DNA of 63,009 nt, counting the filler. It is 7 parts of 7 records of this genome, joined end to end, with 100 filler letters (N's around TTAATTAATTAA, not from the genome) between each part and the next. Parts side by side here need not be neighbours in the genome. Positions count along the whole stretch, not along the records: positions 1 to 11,150 come from SRR31156797_23471; positions 11,251 to 18,238 come from SRR31156797_23479; positions 18,339 to 23,751 come from SRR31156797_23494; 4 more parts are not named here. The stretch is one strand, 5' to 3'. Shown here one piece after another: positions 10,228 to 21,566 of the stretch. The notes under the pieces were generated by a model. The model did no database searches and was not told the DNA's origin. It was given only the letters and a program-made list of their open reading frames with translations. The first letter of the stretch is position 1. Every line of letters begins with the position of its first letter. The position numbers and the translations under genes are program-made.

Positions 10228-10506
10228 CTTCTCCGTCAACACGCCCTCTTTGTTAATTCGGCTAAATAATCCGAACACCCCGGTTTCTCCGATAGAAAAT
10301 TGTCGTCATCTTGGACATACCGGCCAATATAACCATATCATCTTGATATTATTTCCTAAATCATAACTTCAGATTACCGGCGCCTAAAAAATAGGTTGTG
10401 TACCGAGCGTCAAAATATTATCATTTAATCACAATGTCCGCGAAAGGGACTTATGACCTTTCTGGATAAGGTAAATAATTAAGAGCATTTGGAGACGACG
10501 GCTGCA

Positions 10507-11150
10507 ATGAAACAAGCCTTGATCGTTCATAATAATCCTGAAGCCGCTGGTATGATTGAATCCGAACTGGCCGCCAGGGGAGTCGCATCCATTCAGGCCT
10601 CGGATAACAAGGATGTGTTGGAAGCGATTGAAAACAAACCTTTGGACCTGTTTTTTTTAGTAATGGGCGAAGATGTTGAACAAGGCATGGAAAATTTTCA
10701 GTTTTTGCTCAATGCAGCCCCGAACGCCAAGGCGATTGCCGTTTCTCCCGACAACAGCGCTGCCTGCGCCAAGAACTTTCTGATCAACGGCGCGTTTGAT
10801 TACCTGTCGTTCCCGTTGAACAAGAATGATATTTCGGAAACCATTGATCGCTCTTTCCATAAAGAAGAAGCAGCCTGCGAACCCGGCCCGGATTCCCGGA
10901 AGACAGGCAGATTTGATCACATAGTCGGTCAAAGCCCGGCCATTGAAAGCGTGTTTCGATTGGTCAACAAGGTCGCCAATACGGACAGCACGGTCATGAT
11001 ATACGGCGAGTCCGGCACCGGCAAGGAGTTGATAGCCCGGGCCATTCACAAGGCCAGCAACAGAAAAAACAAGCCGCTCATACCGGTCAACTGCGGCGCC
11101 ATTCCCGAGGAATTGCTGGAAAGCGAGCTGTTCGGCCACGAAAAAGGCGC
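10507..11150 (+). CDS. Sigma54-dependent activator with atypical receiver domain, 3'-truncated
   Basis: GESGTGKELIARAIH, VNCGAIPEELLESELFGHEKG; runs into the spacer. Confidence 0.92.
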
Positions 11151-11250
11151 NNNNNNNNNNNNNNNNNNNNNNNNNNNNNNNNNNNNNNNNNNNNTTAATT
11201 AATTAANNNNNNNNNNNNNNNNNNNNNNNNNNNNNNNNNNNNNNNNNNNN
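11151..11250. other. Artificial contig spacer
   Basis: 44 N + TTAATTAATTAA (stops in all six frames) + 44 N. Confidence 0.99.
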
Positions 11251-12474
11251 TCTTTTTGCAATAGATACAACAAGTCTAAGATTTGATTTTGCCATTCTAT
11301 TTTTAGCTTCATCAGTGATCTTTTTCCCAAGTTTGATTTGCTCAAGAACATCTTTAAGCTCTTCCTCTTCAAGATCAAAACCACCTTTACTAGCTTCCGC
11401 TGTTTGGTAAAGTTTTTTGATCTCCATATAAGTAGATACCATAGTAGCTTCAGGAACCATACCAATAATATCAACTTTAGATAATGTTAATATCTTTTCT
11501 AATATCTTTTTATGGTTTTCTAATAATGTATCATTAAAAAGAGGGAGTTTATACTCTAATCTTTTTAATTCATTCTCAAATCCATCTGTACTATTAAGTG
11601 AAGTCTCCATCGCTTTAACAATTTCAGCAATAAGTTTACTTGTAGGTCCAAGTTCTACAAGGCTTTCTTTAATACTATTCTTTTTAAAAGCACATTGAAG
11701 GTCAAATAGTAATACATCTGCTTCTTCAGCACTTTTAGCTGTTTCTTTGGCAATAAATTTTAACCAATCTTTTTTTGCTTTTTCCAGCTTTTTAAAATCT
11801 TCGATGATTTTTTTAGCTCTTTTATCAAGTTTTTTATCTTTGTTTTTTGATTTGTCATCGTCATCTTGATCTACATCAGACTCTTCCGCTTCAAAATCAT
11901 TATCAGCTTCTATATCTTCAGTATCACTGCTTTCTTCATCTTCATCATCAAAGTTTTTAAATAACTCTTTAACTTTTCTTTCACGATTAACTAAAGGCTC
12001 TTTATATTCTAAAATAAAATCAATGAGGTATGGAACAGAACAGATAGCATCAAGGATAGTATTCTCTCCTCTTTCCATATTTTGAGAGATCTCTACCTCT
12101 TCTTCTTTTGTAAGAAGTGGAACTTTTCCCATCTCTCTTAGATACATTCTTACGGGAGAGTCTGATCGTGACCACTCTAGTAGTTCTTTACTTTTTAAAA
12201 GATCAAACTCTTCTGCGTCAGGGTTTTCTTGACGCTTTAATCTTGCATCTTCTCTTTTTTTATATTCTAGTTCATTAAGTCTTTTTGCTTGTTCTTTAGA
12301 GCTCATAAGATCAACATTAAAAAGCTGCTTTTGAGCTATTATCTTTTTAACATTGGCACTTGTTGGTGCTTTTGGAAATAACTGAATCAGTTTTTCATGG
12401 GTTAAGGAACTGTCTTTATTATCTTTAAAAATCTTCTCTAATACTTTGTTTATGTCTTTTACTTTTGCTGCCAT
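11251..12474 (-). CDS. rpoD: RNA polymerase sigma factor RpoD, 3'-truncated
   Basis: Region 1.2 DSPVRMYLREMG; region 2.1 MAKSNLRLVVSIAKR; Campylobacterota-type LLEWSRSDSP. Confidence 0.96.
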
Positions 12475-12624
12475 TCAACCTATATCCGTATTTCAAATTA
12501 ACTTGCTAACTTTATTTGTTAGTAGTACAAGGCTATAATTTTACCCAAAATATATTAAAAATATGATTAATTAATAAAAAATTAGGTAAAATGGCAATAT
12601 TTTTAGAATAAGGGAATATGATTT

Positions 12625-13125
12625 ATGAATAAAATTACTGGTAAAGTATGGAATTTTGGAGATAATATTGATACAGATTTGATCATTGCTGCAAGATATT
12701 TAAATAGTAGTGATCCTCATCATTTAGCAAAGTTTGTAATGGAAGATGCCGACCCAAATTTTGCTTCAAAAGTACAACCAGGGGATATAATAGTAGCAGG
12801 TGAGAACTTTGGATGTGGAAGTAGTAGAGAACATGCTCCAATCGCTTTAAAAGCTGCAGGTGTTGCAGCTGTAATTGCACCAAGTTTTGCAAGAATTTTT
12901 TATAGAAATGCCTTTAATATGGGATTACCAATTTTTGAATTGCCAAATGTAAAAGAGATTAAAGAAGGAGAACTGATTTCAGTTGATCTAGATGCTGGAA
13001 CTATTGAAAATGTTGATACAAATAAAACTTATAATTTTACCCCAATCCCTCCATTTATGCAAGAGCTTTTAGCTGATGGTGGATTAATGAATTACGCAAA
13101 AAAGGAAGCAAATGGCAAGTTATAA
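12625..13125 (+). CDS. leuD: 3-isopropylmalate dehydratase small subunit
   Basis: [35 protein letters not shown]; directly upstream of leuB. Confidence 0.95.
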   Translation: MNKITGKVWNFGDNIDTDLIIAARYLNSSDPHHLAKFVMEDADPNFASKVQPGDIIVAGENFGCGSSREHAPIALKAAGVAAVIAPSFARIFYRNAFNMGLPIFELPNVKEIKEGELISVDLDAGTIENVDTNKTYNFTPIPPFMQELLADGGLMNYAKKEANGKL

Positions 13126-14173
13126 TATCTCTTTAATTAAAGGTGATGGAATAGGTGTTGAGATTGTAGATGAAGCAGTAAAAGTTTTAGATGCAGTTGG
13201 AAAAAAATTTGATATAGAATTTAACTATAAAGAGTATTTAATGGGTGGAGCGGCTATTGATGCAACTGGTGATCCACTTCCACAGGAAACTGTTGATGGC
13301 GTTTTAAATTCAGATGCTTGTCTTTTTGGTGCAATTGGTGGACCAAAATGGGATACACTTCCACGTGAAAAAAGACCAGAGTCTGGACTATTAAAGTTTA
13401 GAAAAGAGATGGGTGTTTTTGCAAATCTAAGACCAGCGGTTGTATACGATGAGCTTGTTGATGCAAGTTCATTAAAGCCTGATGTAATTCGTGGTGTTGA
13501 TATTATGGTAGTACGTGAGCTTATTGGTGGAATCTATTTTGGTGAACCAAGAGGAAAAACTGAAGAAAAAGGATGGAACACAATGGTATATACTGTTCCT
13601 GAGATCGAAAGAATTGCTCATGTTGCATTTAAACTAGCAATGAAAAGAGATAAAAAAGTATGTTCAGTGGATAAATCAAATGTTCTAGATGTATCTCAAC
13701 TTTGGAGAGATACAGTTGAGCGAATTGCTTCACAGTATCCTGAAGTACAACTTTCTCATATGTATGTAGATAATGCAGCAATGCAACTTATTGCAAATCC
13801 TAAACAATTTGATGTAATGCTTACGGGAAATATTTTTGGAGATATTCTTAGTGATGAAGCTTCAATGTTAAGTGGATCAATTGGTCTTTTACCATCAGCT
13901 TCTACTGGAGAGAAAACTGCAGTGTATGAACCAATTCATGGTTCAGCTCCAGATATTGCAGGGCAGGGGATTGCAAACCCTATAGCTACAATTTCAAGTG
14001 CTTCTATGATGCTACGATATTCATTAAATGAAGATGCAGCAGCAGATGCTATTGATAATGCAATTAAAAGAGCTATGAGCGAGGGATATAGAACAGGAGA
14101 TCTTGCAGCATATGACTGTAAAGAGAAAGTGAACTGTTCACAAATGGGTGATTTAATCGCTAGTTTTCTTTAA
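13112..14173 (+). CDS. leuB: 3-isopropylmalate dehydrogenase
   Basis: [31 protein letters not shown]. Confidence 0.97.
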   Translation: MASYNISLIKGDGIGVEIVDEAVKVLDAVGKKFDIEFNYKEYLMGGAAIDATGDPLPQETVDGVLNSDACLFGAIGGPKWDTLPREKRPESGLLKFRKEMGVFANLRPAVVYDELVDASSLKPDVIRGVDIMVVRELIGGIYFGEPRGKTEEKGWNTMVYTVPEIERIAHVAFKLAMKRDKKVCSVDKSNVLDVSQLWRDTVERIASQYPEVQLSHMYVDNAAMQLIANPKQFDVMLTGNIFGDILSDEASMLSGSIGLLPSASTGEKTAVYEPIHGSAPDIAGQGIANPIATISSASMMLRYSLNEDAAADAIDNAIKRAMSEGYRTGDLAAYDCKEKVNCSQMGDLIASFL

Positions 14174-14192
14174 TAAGTAATTATTAGATAAT

Positions 14193-14225
14193 AAAAAAGC
14201 TCCTAAAATATTAGGAGCTTTTTTT
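14193..14225. terminator. Bidirectional intrinsic terminator
   Basis: AAAAAAGCTCCTAA-aata-TTAGGAGCTTTTTTT between convergent genes. Confidence 0.9.
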
Positions 14226-14242
14226 ATAGTTAGAAAAAGAGA

Positions 14243-16081
14243 TTAAAAGAGTTCTACTTCTACTTTTTCTTTCCATCTTACAACTTTATTTCTTCCTGAT
14301 GATTTAGCATCATATAGAGCAATATCTGCATTTTTCATCACAATATCAAAGTTTTTAGAATCATGTGGGAACATTGAAAGACCAATACTAATTGTTTTTT
14401 GTAGCACATTTCCTGCATAGATATTAATCTCATTGCTAGCTACTTGATTTCGTAGCTTATTAGCTACTTCTAAAGCAGTCTCTTCACCACTTACTCCAAC
14501 AAGTAATACAACAAACTCTTCACCACCATAACGAACTACAATATCAGATTCTCGAACATTTTCATTTAAAATTCTTCCAAGCTCTTTTAATACAAGATCT
14601 CCCACATCATGCCCATACTCATCATTGACTGCTTTAAAGTGATCCATATCAAGCATCAATACACCAATAGTGATGTTCTCTCTTAATGCTTGAGGGACAA
14701 GCTTTCCAAGGTGTTCATCTAGGAACTTTCTATTATAAAGACCAGTTAGACCATCTTTAAATACTGATGCTTGTAAGGCTTCTAAAAGAAGTTTTACTAC
14801 AAGTGATGGCACCGCTTCCATAAAATAGTTTTTAATTAATGGCATATTTTCTTTTAGATGACTGAGCTCTCTTTCATTTTCTAAAATAAAATTGATGATC
14901 AAAATAGACTGATCTCCAATATCAATAGATCCACAATAATAGAGTGATTTGTCATTTTCAAAATATTGGCATACTTGATGATCTTGTACACTTGATACAT
15001 CACTAGTACTTCTTACCACTCGGCAAAGATCAGGGTCATTTTCTATATTTTTAATACAGTAGTTACAATCCCCTTTTTGATAGACAAGTTTTGTTCTACT
15101 AGTAGCATAGTTTTGTTCCATAAAATTAAATTTATTGATCCCAAATTTATTTGTTAAGATCTGTCCTAATCTTGCATAGATCTCCTCTTTTGTTTTGTCA
15201 AGTTCTATCTCTTTTTTAAATTGGTAGATCTCTGAGAGGTTTTTAATAACTCTTTGGGCATTTAAAAGTGGATTTGATGAGTGATCTGAGAGGTTTCCAA
15301 TAAAGATAGTGAGTTTTTGATCTATATCACTAAAGGTTGTACTCAAACCATTGACTAGAGTATTATACTCTTTAATAAGGTTTTCTGATTCAGTGGCAAG
15401 TCCTGGTTTTTTAACAATATTTGTAAAGATTCCATTTGAGATATTTTTTATTTTTCCACTGAGTTCATCTATTGTTTCTAAGTGAGGTTTTAAGATCTTA
15501 TTTGCAAAATAGCTTACTAGAAGGATAGCTAAAAAAGTAAATAAAATAATAGAAAATGCTAGTTGTAATCCAGAAGTTCTAAACTCTGAGATATCCATCA
15601 CAATACTAATAGCTCCTAGAGTTTCCCCATAACTTACATCATGACAACTAATACAGTTAGCGATACTATTTTGTTCTGCTTTATAGGGAATCGTGACTCG
15701 AATAGAGGTTTGATCAAAAGATTCATGGAGTTGATATTGAAGCTTTGAAGAGTCTAATACTTTTTTATCAATCTCATCTCTAGGAACTTCCATTTTTGAA
15801 GGCAATCCATATTGTTTAATTACATTCTCACCTCGAATGATCCACAACTCTTCTACATTATCCATATCAGATATTGATTTAATATATACATCTCTATGAT
15901 CCATAGTTCCATTAACCATATAAGAGGTGAGTCCATTTCTTACAACTTCTGCAATAGATTTTGCTTTATTTATAGCAGATTCAATACCATATGTTCTAAA
16001 ATTATATGATTCTACAACTGCTAAACATATTCCAATCAGGAGCATCACTAATATAAGTTTTGAGAGGACCTTTTGTTTCAT
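14243..16081 (-). CDS. Membrane diguanylate cyclase with a periplasmic heme-c (CxxCH) sensor region
   Basis: Two TM segments flanking NCISCH; DGLTGLYNR, DMDHFK, RESD I-site, RYGGEEF. Confidence 0.93.
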   Translation of the reverse strand: MKQKVLSKLILVMLLIGICLAVVESYNFRTYGIESAINKAKSIAEVVRNGLTSYMVNGTMDHRDVYIKSISDMDNVEELWIIRGENVIKQYGLPSKMEVPRDEIDKKVLDSSKLQYQLHESFDQTSIRVTIPYKAEQNSIANCISCHDVSYGETLGAISIVMDISEFRTSGLQLAFSIILFTFLAILLVSYFANKILKPHLETIDELSGKIKNISNGIFTNIVKKPGLATESENLIKEYNTLVNGLSTTFSDIDQKLTIFIGNLSDHSSNPLLNAQRVIKNLSEIYQFKKEIELDKTKEEIYARLGQILTNKFGINKFNFMEQNYATSRTKLVYQKGDCNYCIKNIENDPDLCRVVRSTSDVSSVQDHQVCQYFENDKSLYYCGSIDIGDQSILIINFILENERELSHLKENMPLIKNYFMEAVPSLVVKLLLEALQASVFKDGLTGLYNRKFLDEHLGKLVPQALRENITIGVLMLDMDHFKAVNDEYGHDVGDLVLKELGRILNENVRESDIVVRYGGEEFVVLLVGVSGEETALEVANKLRNQVASNEINIYAGNVLQKTISIGLSMFPHDSKNFDIVMKNADIALYDAKSSGRNKVVRWKEKVEVELF

Positions 16082-16090
16082 ATATATTAC

Positions 16091-17047
16091 CTAAAAAAGT
16101 TCAATAGTACTTTCATCTTTCTTTTTAAATCGTTTTACTTGGTTTCTTCCAATATCTTTTGCATCACTTAAAGCCATGTCTGCATTTTTAATGATAGTAT
16201 TAATGTTATTTGCATCTTCAGGAAACATAGATATTCCTATACACACAGTTTTCTTAAATTCATCTCCATTAGGACTAAGTAGATGAGTCTCCGCTAGTCG
16301 GTCTTTGATTTTATTGGCAATTTGAATAGTTCTCTCTTCTGAATCAACATTGATAAGAAGAACCAAAAACTCTCCACCACCAAAACGTACAACAATATCA
16401 GAACTTCTTACAATGTTTTTAATAGTACTTGCATAGAGTTTTAAAAACTCATCTCCAAAATGATCTCCATGCTCATCATTAACAGCTCTAAATCTATCAA
16501 TATTAATAAGAAGAAGTCCTAAGTTCATATTCTCTCTAATTGCTAGAGGGATCAAGGTTTTCATCTCTTGATTAAAAGCGATTCTATTAGTGAGTTTTGT
16601 AAGTGGATCAGTTGTTGTACTTTTTTTAAAACTAGTAAGAACAAATTGGATATATAAAATATGAACCAGTTCTTTAAAGTAAGTATTTAATGTAAGCCGT
16701 TGATATTCATCTAATCTTTTACAACAGTATTCAATAGAGATATAGGTATCATTTGATACTTTATTTGTAAATGTACATCCTAAATCTTTTGCTAATCCTA
16801 GCTCAAAGATCACATTTTCAATATTGTTTGTCAATAAAGATATTTTTAAAGCATCGATATCAAACTCTTTTTTCAGTTCGCTTACCATATTGTCATAAAG
16901 GTTTTTTTCACAAAGATCCCCTTCGATAATATGTTTAAAACTATTGATCCTTGTTAAGGTTGTGATGATCGATTTTACTTCATCTAAATGGATCTCATCA
17001 ACAATTTCACCAAGTCTATCGATAAGTGTGGGGTTCTTTCTTTTCAT
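16091..17047 (-). CDS. Degenerate GGDEF-domain protein
   Basis: DPLTKLTNR, INIDRFR, RSSD, RFGGGEF. Confidence 0.9.
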   Translation of the reverse strand: MKRKNPTLIDRLGEIVDEIHLDEVKSIITTLTRINSFKHIIEGDLCEKNLYDNMVSELKKEFDIDALKISLLTNNIENVIFELGLAKDLGCTFTNKVSNDTYISIEYCCKRLDEYQRLTLNTYFKELVHILYIQFVLTSFKKSTTTDPLTKLTNRIAFNQEMKTLIPLAIRENMNLGLLLINIDRFRAVNDEHGDHFGDEFLKLYASTIKNIVRSSDIVVRFGGGEFLVLLINVDSEERTIQIANKIKDRLAETHLLSPNGDEFKKTVCIGISMFPEDANNINTIIKNADMALSDAKDIGRNQVKRFKKKDESTIELF

Positions 17048-17048
17048 C

Positions 17049-17651
17049 CTATTCGTTCCTTAGGTGTATAAGCCAGTTTTGTAATGATCGTCTCTCATAC
17101 TCAAGTGTTGTATCTTCCCCATGTCCAGGATGGATGTTTAAGTTTCCTTCCCAATCTAAAACCTTTTCAATACTTTTTACCATATCGTTTGGATTTGAGT
17201 AAGGGAAGTCAACTCTTCCAATAGAACCTTGGAAAATAAAGTCACCACTAAATAAATGATCATTGATCTTAATAGCACTACACCCAGGAGTATGACCAGC
17301 AAAATGATAAAAAGTAAACTCAGTACCATCAAAGTTAATCGTCTCATCTGGTTGCACTATAAAATCAGCTTTACTAGATGGAGTTCCTTGTGAAAAAGGA
17401 TCATTCTCAAGCATAAAACAATCATCTTTTGGACAATAGATAGGAATGCCTAGTTTCTCTTTAACAGAAGAGTTACTCCATACATGATCAAAATGCCCGT
17501 GGGTATTTAAGATAGCTATTGGATTTGTAACATTGTTACTTACCCAATCTGTCGCATCAACTCCAGGATCGATTATAAAATCTTTATCGTCGATCGTTAC
17601 AATATAACAGTTCGTTTGATAAGCTCCCATTGGCATTTTTTGAATATTCAT
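17049..17651 (-). CDS. MBL-fold metallo-hydrolase (glyoxalase II-like)
   Basis: THGHFDH, GHTPG, FSGD, HPGHG. Confidence 0.93.
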   Translation of the reverse strand: MNIQKMPMGAYQTNCYIVTIDDKDFIIDPGVDATDWVSNNVTNPIAILNTHGHFDHVWSNSSVKEKLGIPIYCPKDDCFMLENDPFSQGTPSSKADFIVQPDETINFDGTEFTFYHFAGHTPGCSAIKINDHLFSGDFIFQGSIGRVDFPYSNPNDMVKSIEKVLDWEGNLNIHPGHGEDTTLEYERRSLQNWLIHLRNE

Positions 17652-17652
17652 T

Positions 17653-18238
17653 TTATTTGAACCAACTTTTTACTGTATCAAAAAGTGAGCTAAACATATC
17701 TTCATGTGGTTTAGAAGCTATTCCAAAGCTCTCTTGAAGTTTTTCTAATAGCTCTTTTTGTTCAGCGTTTACTTTTTCAGGATAAAGTATTTTTATCTGA
17801 ACAATGAATTTCCCTTTTCCGTATCCATTGACACTTTTTACCCCCTCATCATGGAAGATAAATTGGTGTTTATCACTAGCTCCTGCTGGAATCTTTAGTT
17901 CAAGTTCCCCTTTAAGGCTTGGAACTTTAATAGTGTCTCCTAAAGCGATTTGAGTAAAAAAGATAGGAACTTCAAGATAGATATCATCATCATGTCTAAC
18001 AAAGTGTTTATGATCTTCCACATGGATTCTAATATAAAGGTCACCTCTTGTACCATCAGGGGCAATATTTCCTTTACCGCTGACTCTCATTCGATTTCCA
18101 TGGTTAATACCCTCTGGGATATCTACTTCAAATCTATCACTTTTCTCTTCATATCCAAGACCATTACAATCCCCACATTTATCACTTACCCCTTGTCCTG
18201 TTCCTTGGCAGTGTGGACAAGTTTGTGCAAAAGTCATA
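17653..18238 (-). CDS. dnaJ: Chaperone DnaJ, C-terminal part (5'-truncated)
   Basis: CPHCQGTG and CGDCNGLG zinc repeats; C-terminal GDLYI..HFVRHDDDIY domain. Confidence 0.93.
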
Positions 18239-18338
18239 NNNNNNNNNNNNNNNNNNNNNNNNNNNNNNNNNNNNNNNNNNNNTTAATTAATTAANNNNNN
18301 NNNNNNNNNNNNNNNNNNNNNNNNNNNNNNNNNNNNNN
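18239..18338. other. Artificial contig spacer
   Basis: N-run with TTAATTAATTAA. Confidence 0.99.
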
Positions 18339-18489
18339 GCTGTTAAAATCAGCGCGCGAAAGTAATGCATAATATTGAAATTGTGTTATAGAGCATATTT
18401 TTGAGATGAATGTTAATGTAGCCTTAATCCATCGATTTTAGAAAAAGGGTGTGAAAAAAGGGAATTTAATATATAAAATAAAGAAAATA

Positions 18490-19113
18490 TTACGCCAAAT
18501 TGCCAACTATCTTTCTTCCATGGAATTCAGTTGCTTCGGTAAGTATTTCAATTTCTTTAATGTTGGTGTCCAATACTTTTCCGGCAACCAGAATTGTAAT
18601 TTTTTTGTTTGTTGCCATTATCATTTTTCGAATAGTTTCCTGCCCTTCAATTGCCGTAGCTTTTCCACCTGAAGTTAAAATCCTTTTTATTCCTGAAATG
18701 TTACAAAGGAGCTCTGCGCCTTCAACCGGGTTTTCTAGTACATCGATTGCTTTATGAAACGTAACAGGAAGTGGATGGGCATATTCGGCAAGAACTTTTG
18801 TGTTTTCAATATCAATTTTGTTTTCATTTGTCAGCAATCCAAATACAACACCAGCAGCTCCTGCTTTTTTTGCCTCGTCAATCTCAGACTTCATTTGAAA
18901 AACCTCCTTTTCTTTATAAACAAAATCTCCTGCTTTTGGGCGAATCATAACCATAACCGGAATTTTAAGCGTTGAACAGGCTTTTCTCATTAAATCGATA
19001 GAAGGCGTAAGTCCATCGTTAGTTAAATCGGAACATAACTCAATTCGATTGACTCCTCTTTTTTCTGCCAAAACAGCTTCTTTAAGGGTTTCTACACAGG
19101 CTTCTTTTAACAT
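18490..19113 (-). CDS. cutC: Copper homeostasis protein CutC family
   Basis: RIELCSDL..GLTPS, VMIRP..GDFVY, TFHKAID, RILTSGG. Confidence 0.93.
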   Translation of the reverse strand: MLKEACVETLKEAVLAEKRGVNRIELCSDLTNDGLTPSIDLMRKACSTLKIPVMVMIRPKAGDFVYKEKEVFQMKSEIDEAKKAGAAGVVFGLLTNENKIDIENTKVLAEYAHPLPVTFHKAIDVLENPVEGAELLCNISGIKRILTSGGKATAIEGQETIRKMIMATNKKITILVAGKVLDTNIKEIEILTEATEFHGRKIVGNLA

Positions 19114-19131
19114 GCTTTTTTTTGTAAAAAT

Positions 19132-19171
19132 AAAAAAGGCTGACTTTATAAATAAATAAAAATCAGCCTTT
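19132..19171 (-). terminator. Intrinsic terminator after the T9SS cargo gene
   Basis: AAAGGCTGA/TCAGCCTTT stem with a U-run on the minus strand. Confidence 0.7.
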
Positions 19172-19190
19172 CGCTTAAAATTCTAAAAAA

Positions 19191-20477
19191 TTATTGTTTT
19201 ACTATTTTTTTTGTAGTTGATTTTCCGTTGTTTTTTACATTGAAAATATAAATCCCATTTTCTAAATTCTCAATGTTTACCGGCGTAATTTGTGCATGAA
19301 TATTTTTTGTTAACATAAGTTGACCCTGTAAGTTAAAAACTTCCAAACGGCAGTTTCCCGGATTGTTTATTTGAAGGATAACTTTATTGTTTGCCGGATT
19401 AGGATAGATTAGATTTACAGCCTCAGGATTTGCTTTTACCGAAGTGGGTGTATCATTGTAATAATAAACAAAGGCATATGTTTTTGTAAAATCGATATTT
19501 TCTGCAGCCGATTTACTTTCGTCTACGGTTGGCGAATATGTATCATCGGAAATAATCATGCCATGCTCGGTAGAATAATTCATTTTATCAAACCAGTCAG
19601 GGGTATAAGTTTCCGTTTCCGAATCGTAATAAAAAGACATTACTGTATCTATATTTTCAGTATTGCCAACATATACATATTTTTCCATCGAGAATTCCTC
19701 GAAGCCACCAATGAAATCTGATTGAAAATCGGTTTGTGTTTGTATTCGATTTAAATTATCATATTCATACGTTGTTTTTGATGCCGACAGCCAATTTAAA
19801 TTATAGTCGTCCCAAATAAGATATTCATCTTCAGTTAAAAGATTACTGTTGTATTTGTAAATGTTTTTTGTCCAAAGCATCCATTCTAAATTATCCGGAT
19901 CCCACACCCAAAAGATATCTTGTGTTTGGTTTTCATTTCCATCGTATGAATAGTTATTTTTTGTTTCAAATTCCCATACTCCGGATTCTTCGTTATACAG
20001 GTATGAAATAAGTGTTGTATCTAAACCGGCTGCGTTATAATATAAAACCTCTTTTCGTACTGCATCCCAGCCGCCATTAATGGTGTCAACATCGCTGTAA
20101 ATCATAGAGTCGGGTTGTAAAATATTATCATTGTGATACGTTTCTAGCAGCAAAAACAGATCCCATCCGGTATTTGTAATATTCCTTTCAGAATAGGTGG
20201 TTGCCCAAATGTTATCCTGGAAATCCAGTTCAATTAAAATATTTGGGATTGAATCTTCAGTAGCAGCACTTTTATTTAGAATAGCCTCAGCATTTACACT
20301 TACAACCGGGCTGTTTTGAATATTGTATCCAATAATCTTTTTTACAGTTGTCAGGTCAGAAATTTCTGTTTTACTGGTTTTCAATATATTTTTTTTGTCT
20401 TTTTTATCTGAAGCAAAAGAAATTGAAGAGGAAAAAATTAAAAGGATTAGAAAAAATTGTAAAGTAGAGTTTTTCAT
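19191..20477 (-). CDS. T9SS type-A sorting domain protein with Trp/Tyr-rich beta repeats
   Basis: Signal peptide MKNSTLQFFLILLIFSSSISFA; repeats of the form W...K..Y.YD; C-terminal IYPNPA...GIYIFNV...KKIVKQ. Confidence 0.88.
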   Translation of the reverse strand: MKNSTLQFFLILLIFSSSISFASDKKDKKNILKTSKTEISDLTTVKKIIGYNIQNSPVVSVNAEAILNKSAATEDSIPNILIELDFQDNIWATTYSERNITNTGWDLFLLLETYHNDNILQPDSMIYSDVDTINGGWDAVRKEVLYYNAAGLDTTLISYLYNEESGVWEFETKNNYSYDGNENQTQDIFWVWDPDNLEWMLWTKNIYKYNSNLLTEDEYLIWDDYNLNWLSASKTTYEYDNLNRIQTQTDFQSDFIGGFEEFSMEKYVYVGNTENIDTVMSFYYDSETETYTPDWFDKMNYSTEHGMIISDDTYSPTVDESKSAAENIDFTKTYAFVYYYNDTPTSVKANPEAVNLIYPNPANNKVILQINNPGNCRLEVFNLQGQLMLTKNIHAQITPVNIENLENGIYIFNVKNNGKSTTKKIVKQ

Positions 20478-20621
20478 GTTTGATTTGGTTTTAAAATATA
20501 TGTTCAATATAAGCCAAGAATTTGTTTTAATCAACCTGAAACAAAAGTATTAATTCACATTTTATTAAAAAGTATAATATCCACAATTATATTCGCTAAT
20601 TTTACCGATTAAACTTAAAGA

Positions 20622-21545
20622 TTGATTTTGCGCTATAATTTAATTACAATTTTAGGTCCTACAGCAACAGGAAAAACAACACTTGCAGCTCAATTGGCCG
20701 CAAAAATCGATGGTGAAATTATTTCGGCCGATTCGCGTCAGGTATATCGTGGAATGGATTTGGGCACGGGAAAAGATTTGGAAGATTATTTTGTGAATGG
20801 GGTGGAAGTGCCCTCTCATTTGGTCGATATTGAGGATGCCGGAGTTCATTATAATGTGTACCGTTTTCAATCCGATTTTATTAAAGTTTTTGAAGAAATT
20901 CAGCAAAAGAAAAAATTTCCGGTTTTATGCGGCGGAAGTGGATTATACCTGGAAGCCGTTCTGAAAAATTATAAACTTATTCAGGTTCCGCCTAACAAAG
21001 AATTACGCAAAGAACTTGATGGAAAATCGTTGGTTGAACTCACTGAAATTCTGAAATCGTTAAAATCCGAATTGCACAACGAAACCGATGTGGAAACAGA
21101 CCGTCGTGCAGTTCGGGCCATAGAGATTGAAATGTATTACAGGGAACATCCCGAAATTGATACATTTATGCCTGAAATAAACAGCTTAAATATTGGTGTT
21201 CAATTCGACCGGGAAACACGTCGCTCCAGAATATCACAACGGCTAAAACAACGGCTCGATGAGGGCATGCTGGATGAAGTTCAACGATTGCTCGATTCGG
21301 GTTTAACACCGGAACAGCTTATTTATTATGGACTGGAATACAAATACCTTACTTTACATTTAACCGGCGAACTGACTTTCGATGAAATGTTTCGTCAGCT
21401 GGAAATAGCCATTCACCAGTTTGCCAAACGGCAAATGACCTGGTTTCGGGGTATGGAAAAACGGGGTACAAAAATCCATTGGATCGACGGGCATTTGCCG
21501 ATGGAAATAAAGCTCGAAAAGATTGAGGAATTATTTAATAACTGA
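20622..21545 (+). CDS. miaA: tRNA dimethylallyltransferase
   Basis: GPTATGKT, ISADSRQVYRGMDLGTGK, CGGSGLY, FAKRQMTWFR. Confidence 0.95.
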   Translation: MILRYNLITILGPTATGKTTLAAQLAAKIDGEIISADSRQVYRGMDLGTGKDLEDYFVNGVEVPSHLVDIEDAGVHYNVYRFQSDFIKVFEEIQQKKKFPVLCGGSGLYLEAVLKNYKLIQVPPNKELRKELDGKSLVELTEILKSLKSELHNETDVETDRRAVRAIEIEMYYREHPEIDTFMPEINSLNIGVQFDRETRRSRISQRLKQRLDEGMLDEVQRLLDSGLTPEQLIYYGLEYKYLTLHLTGELTFDEMFRQLEIAIHQFAKRQMTWFRGMEKRGTKIHWIDGHLPMEIKLEKIEELFNN

Positions 21546-21566
21546 TAAAAACAACTAATTATTTTA

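Noticed and set aside
11195-11206. TTAATTAATTAA recurring six times as a possible repeat family
   Set aside because: Synthetic all-frame stop linker embedded in N-runs.
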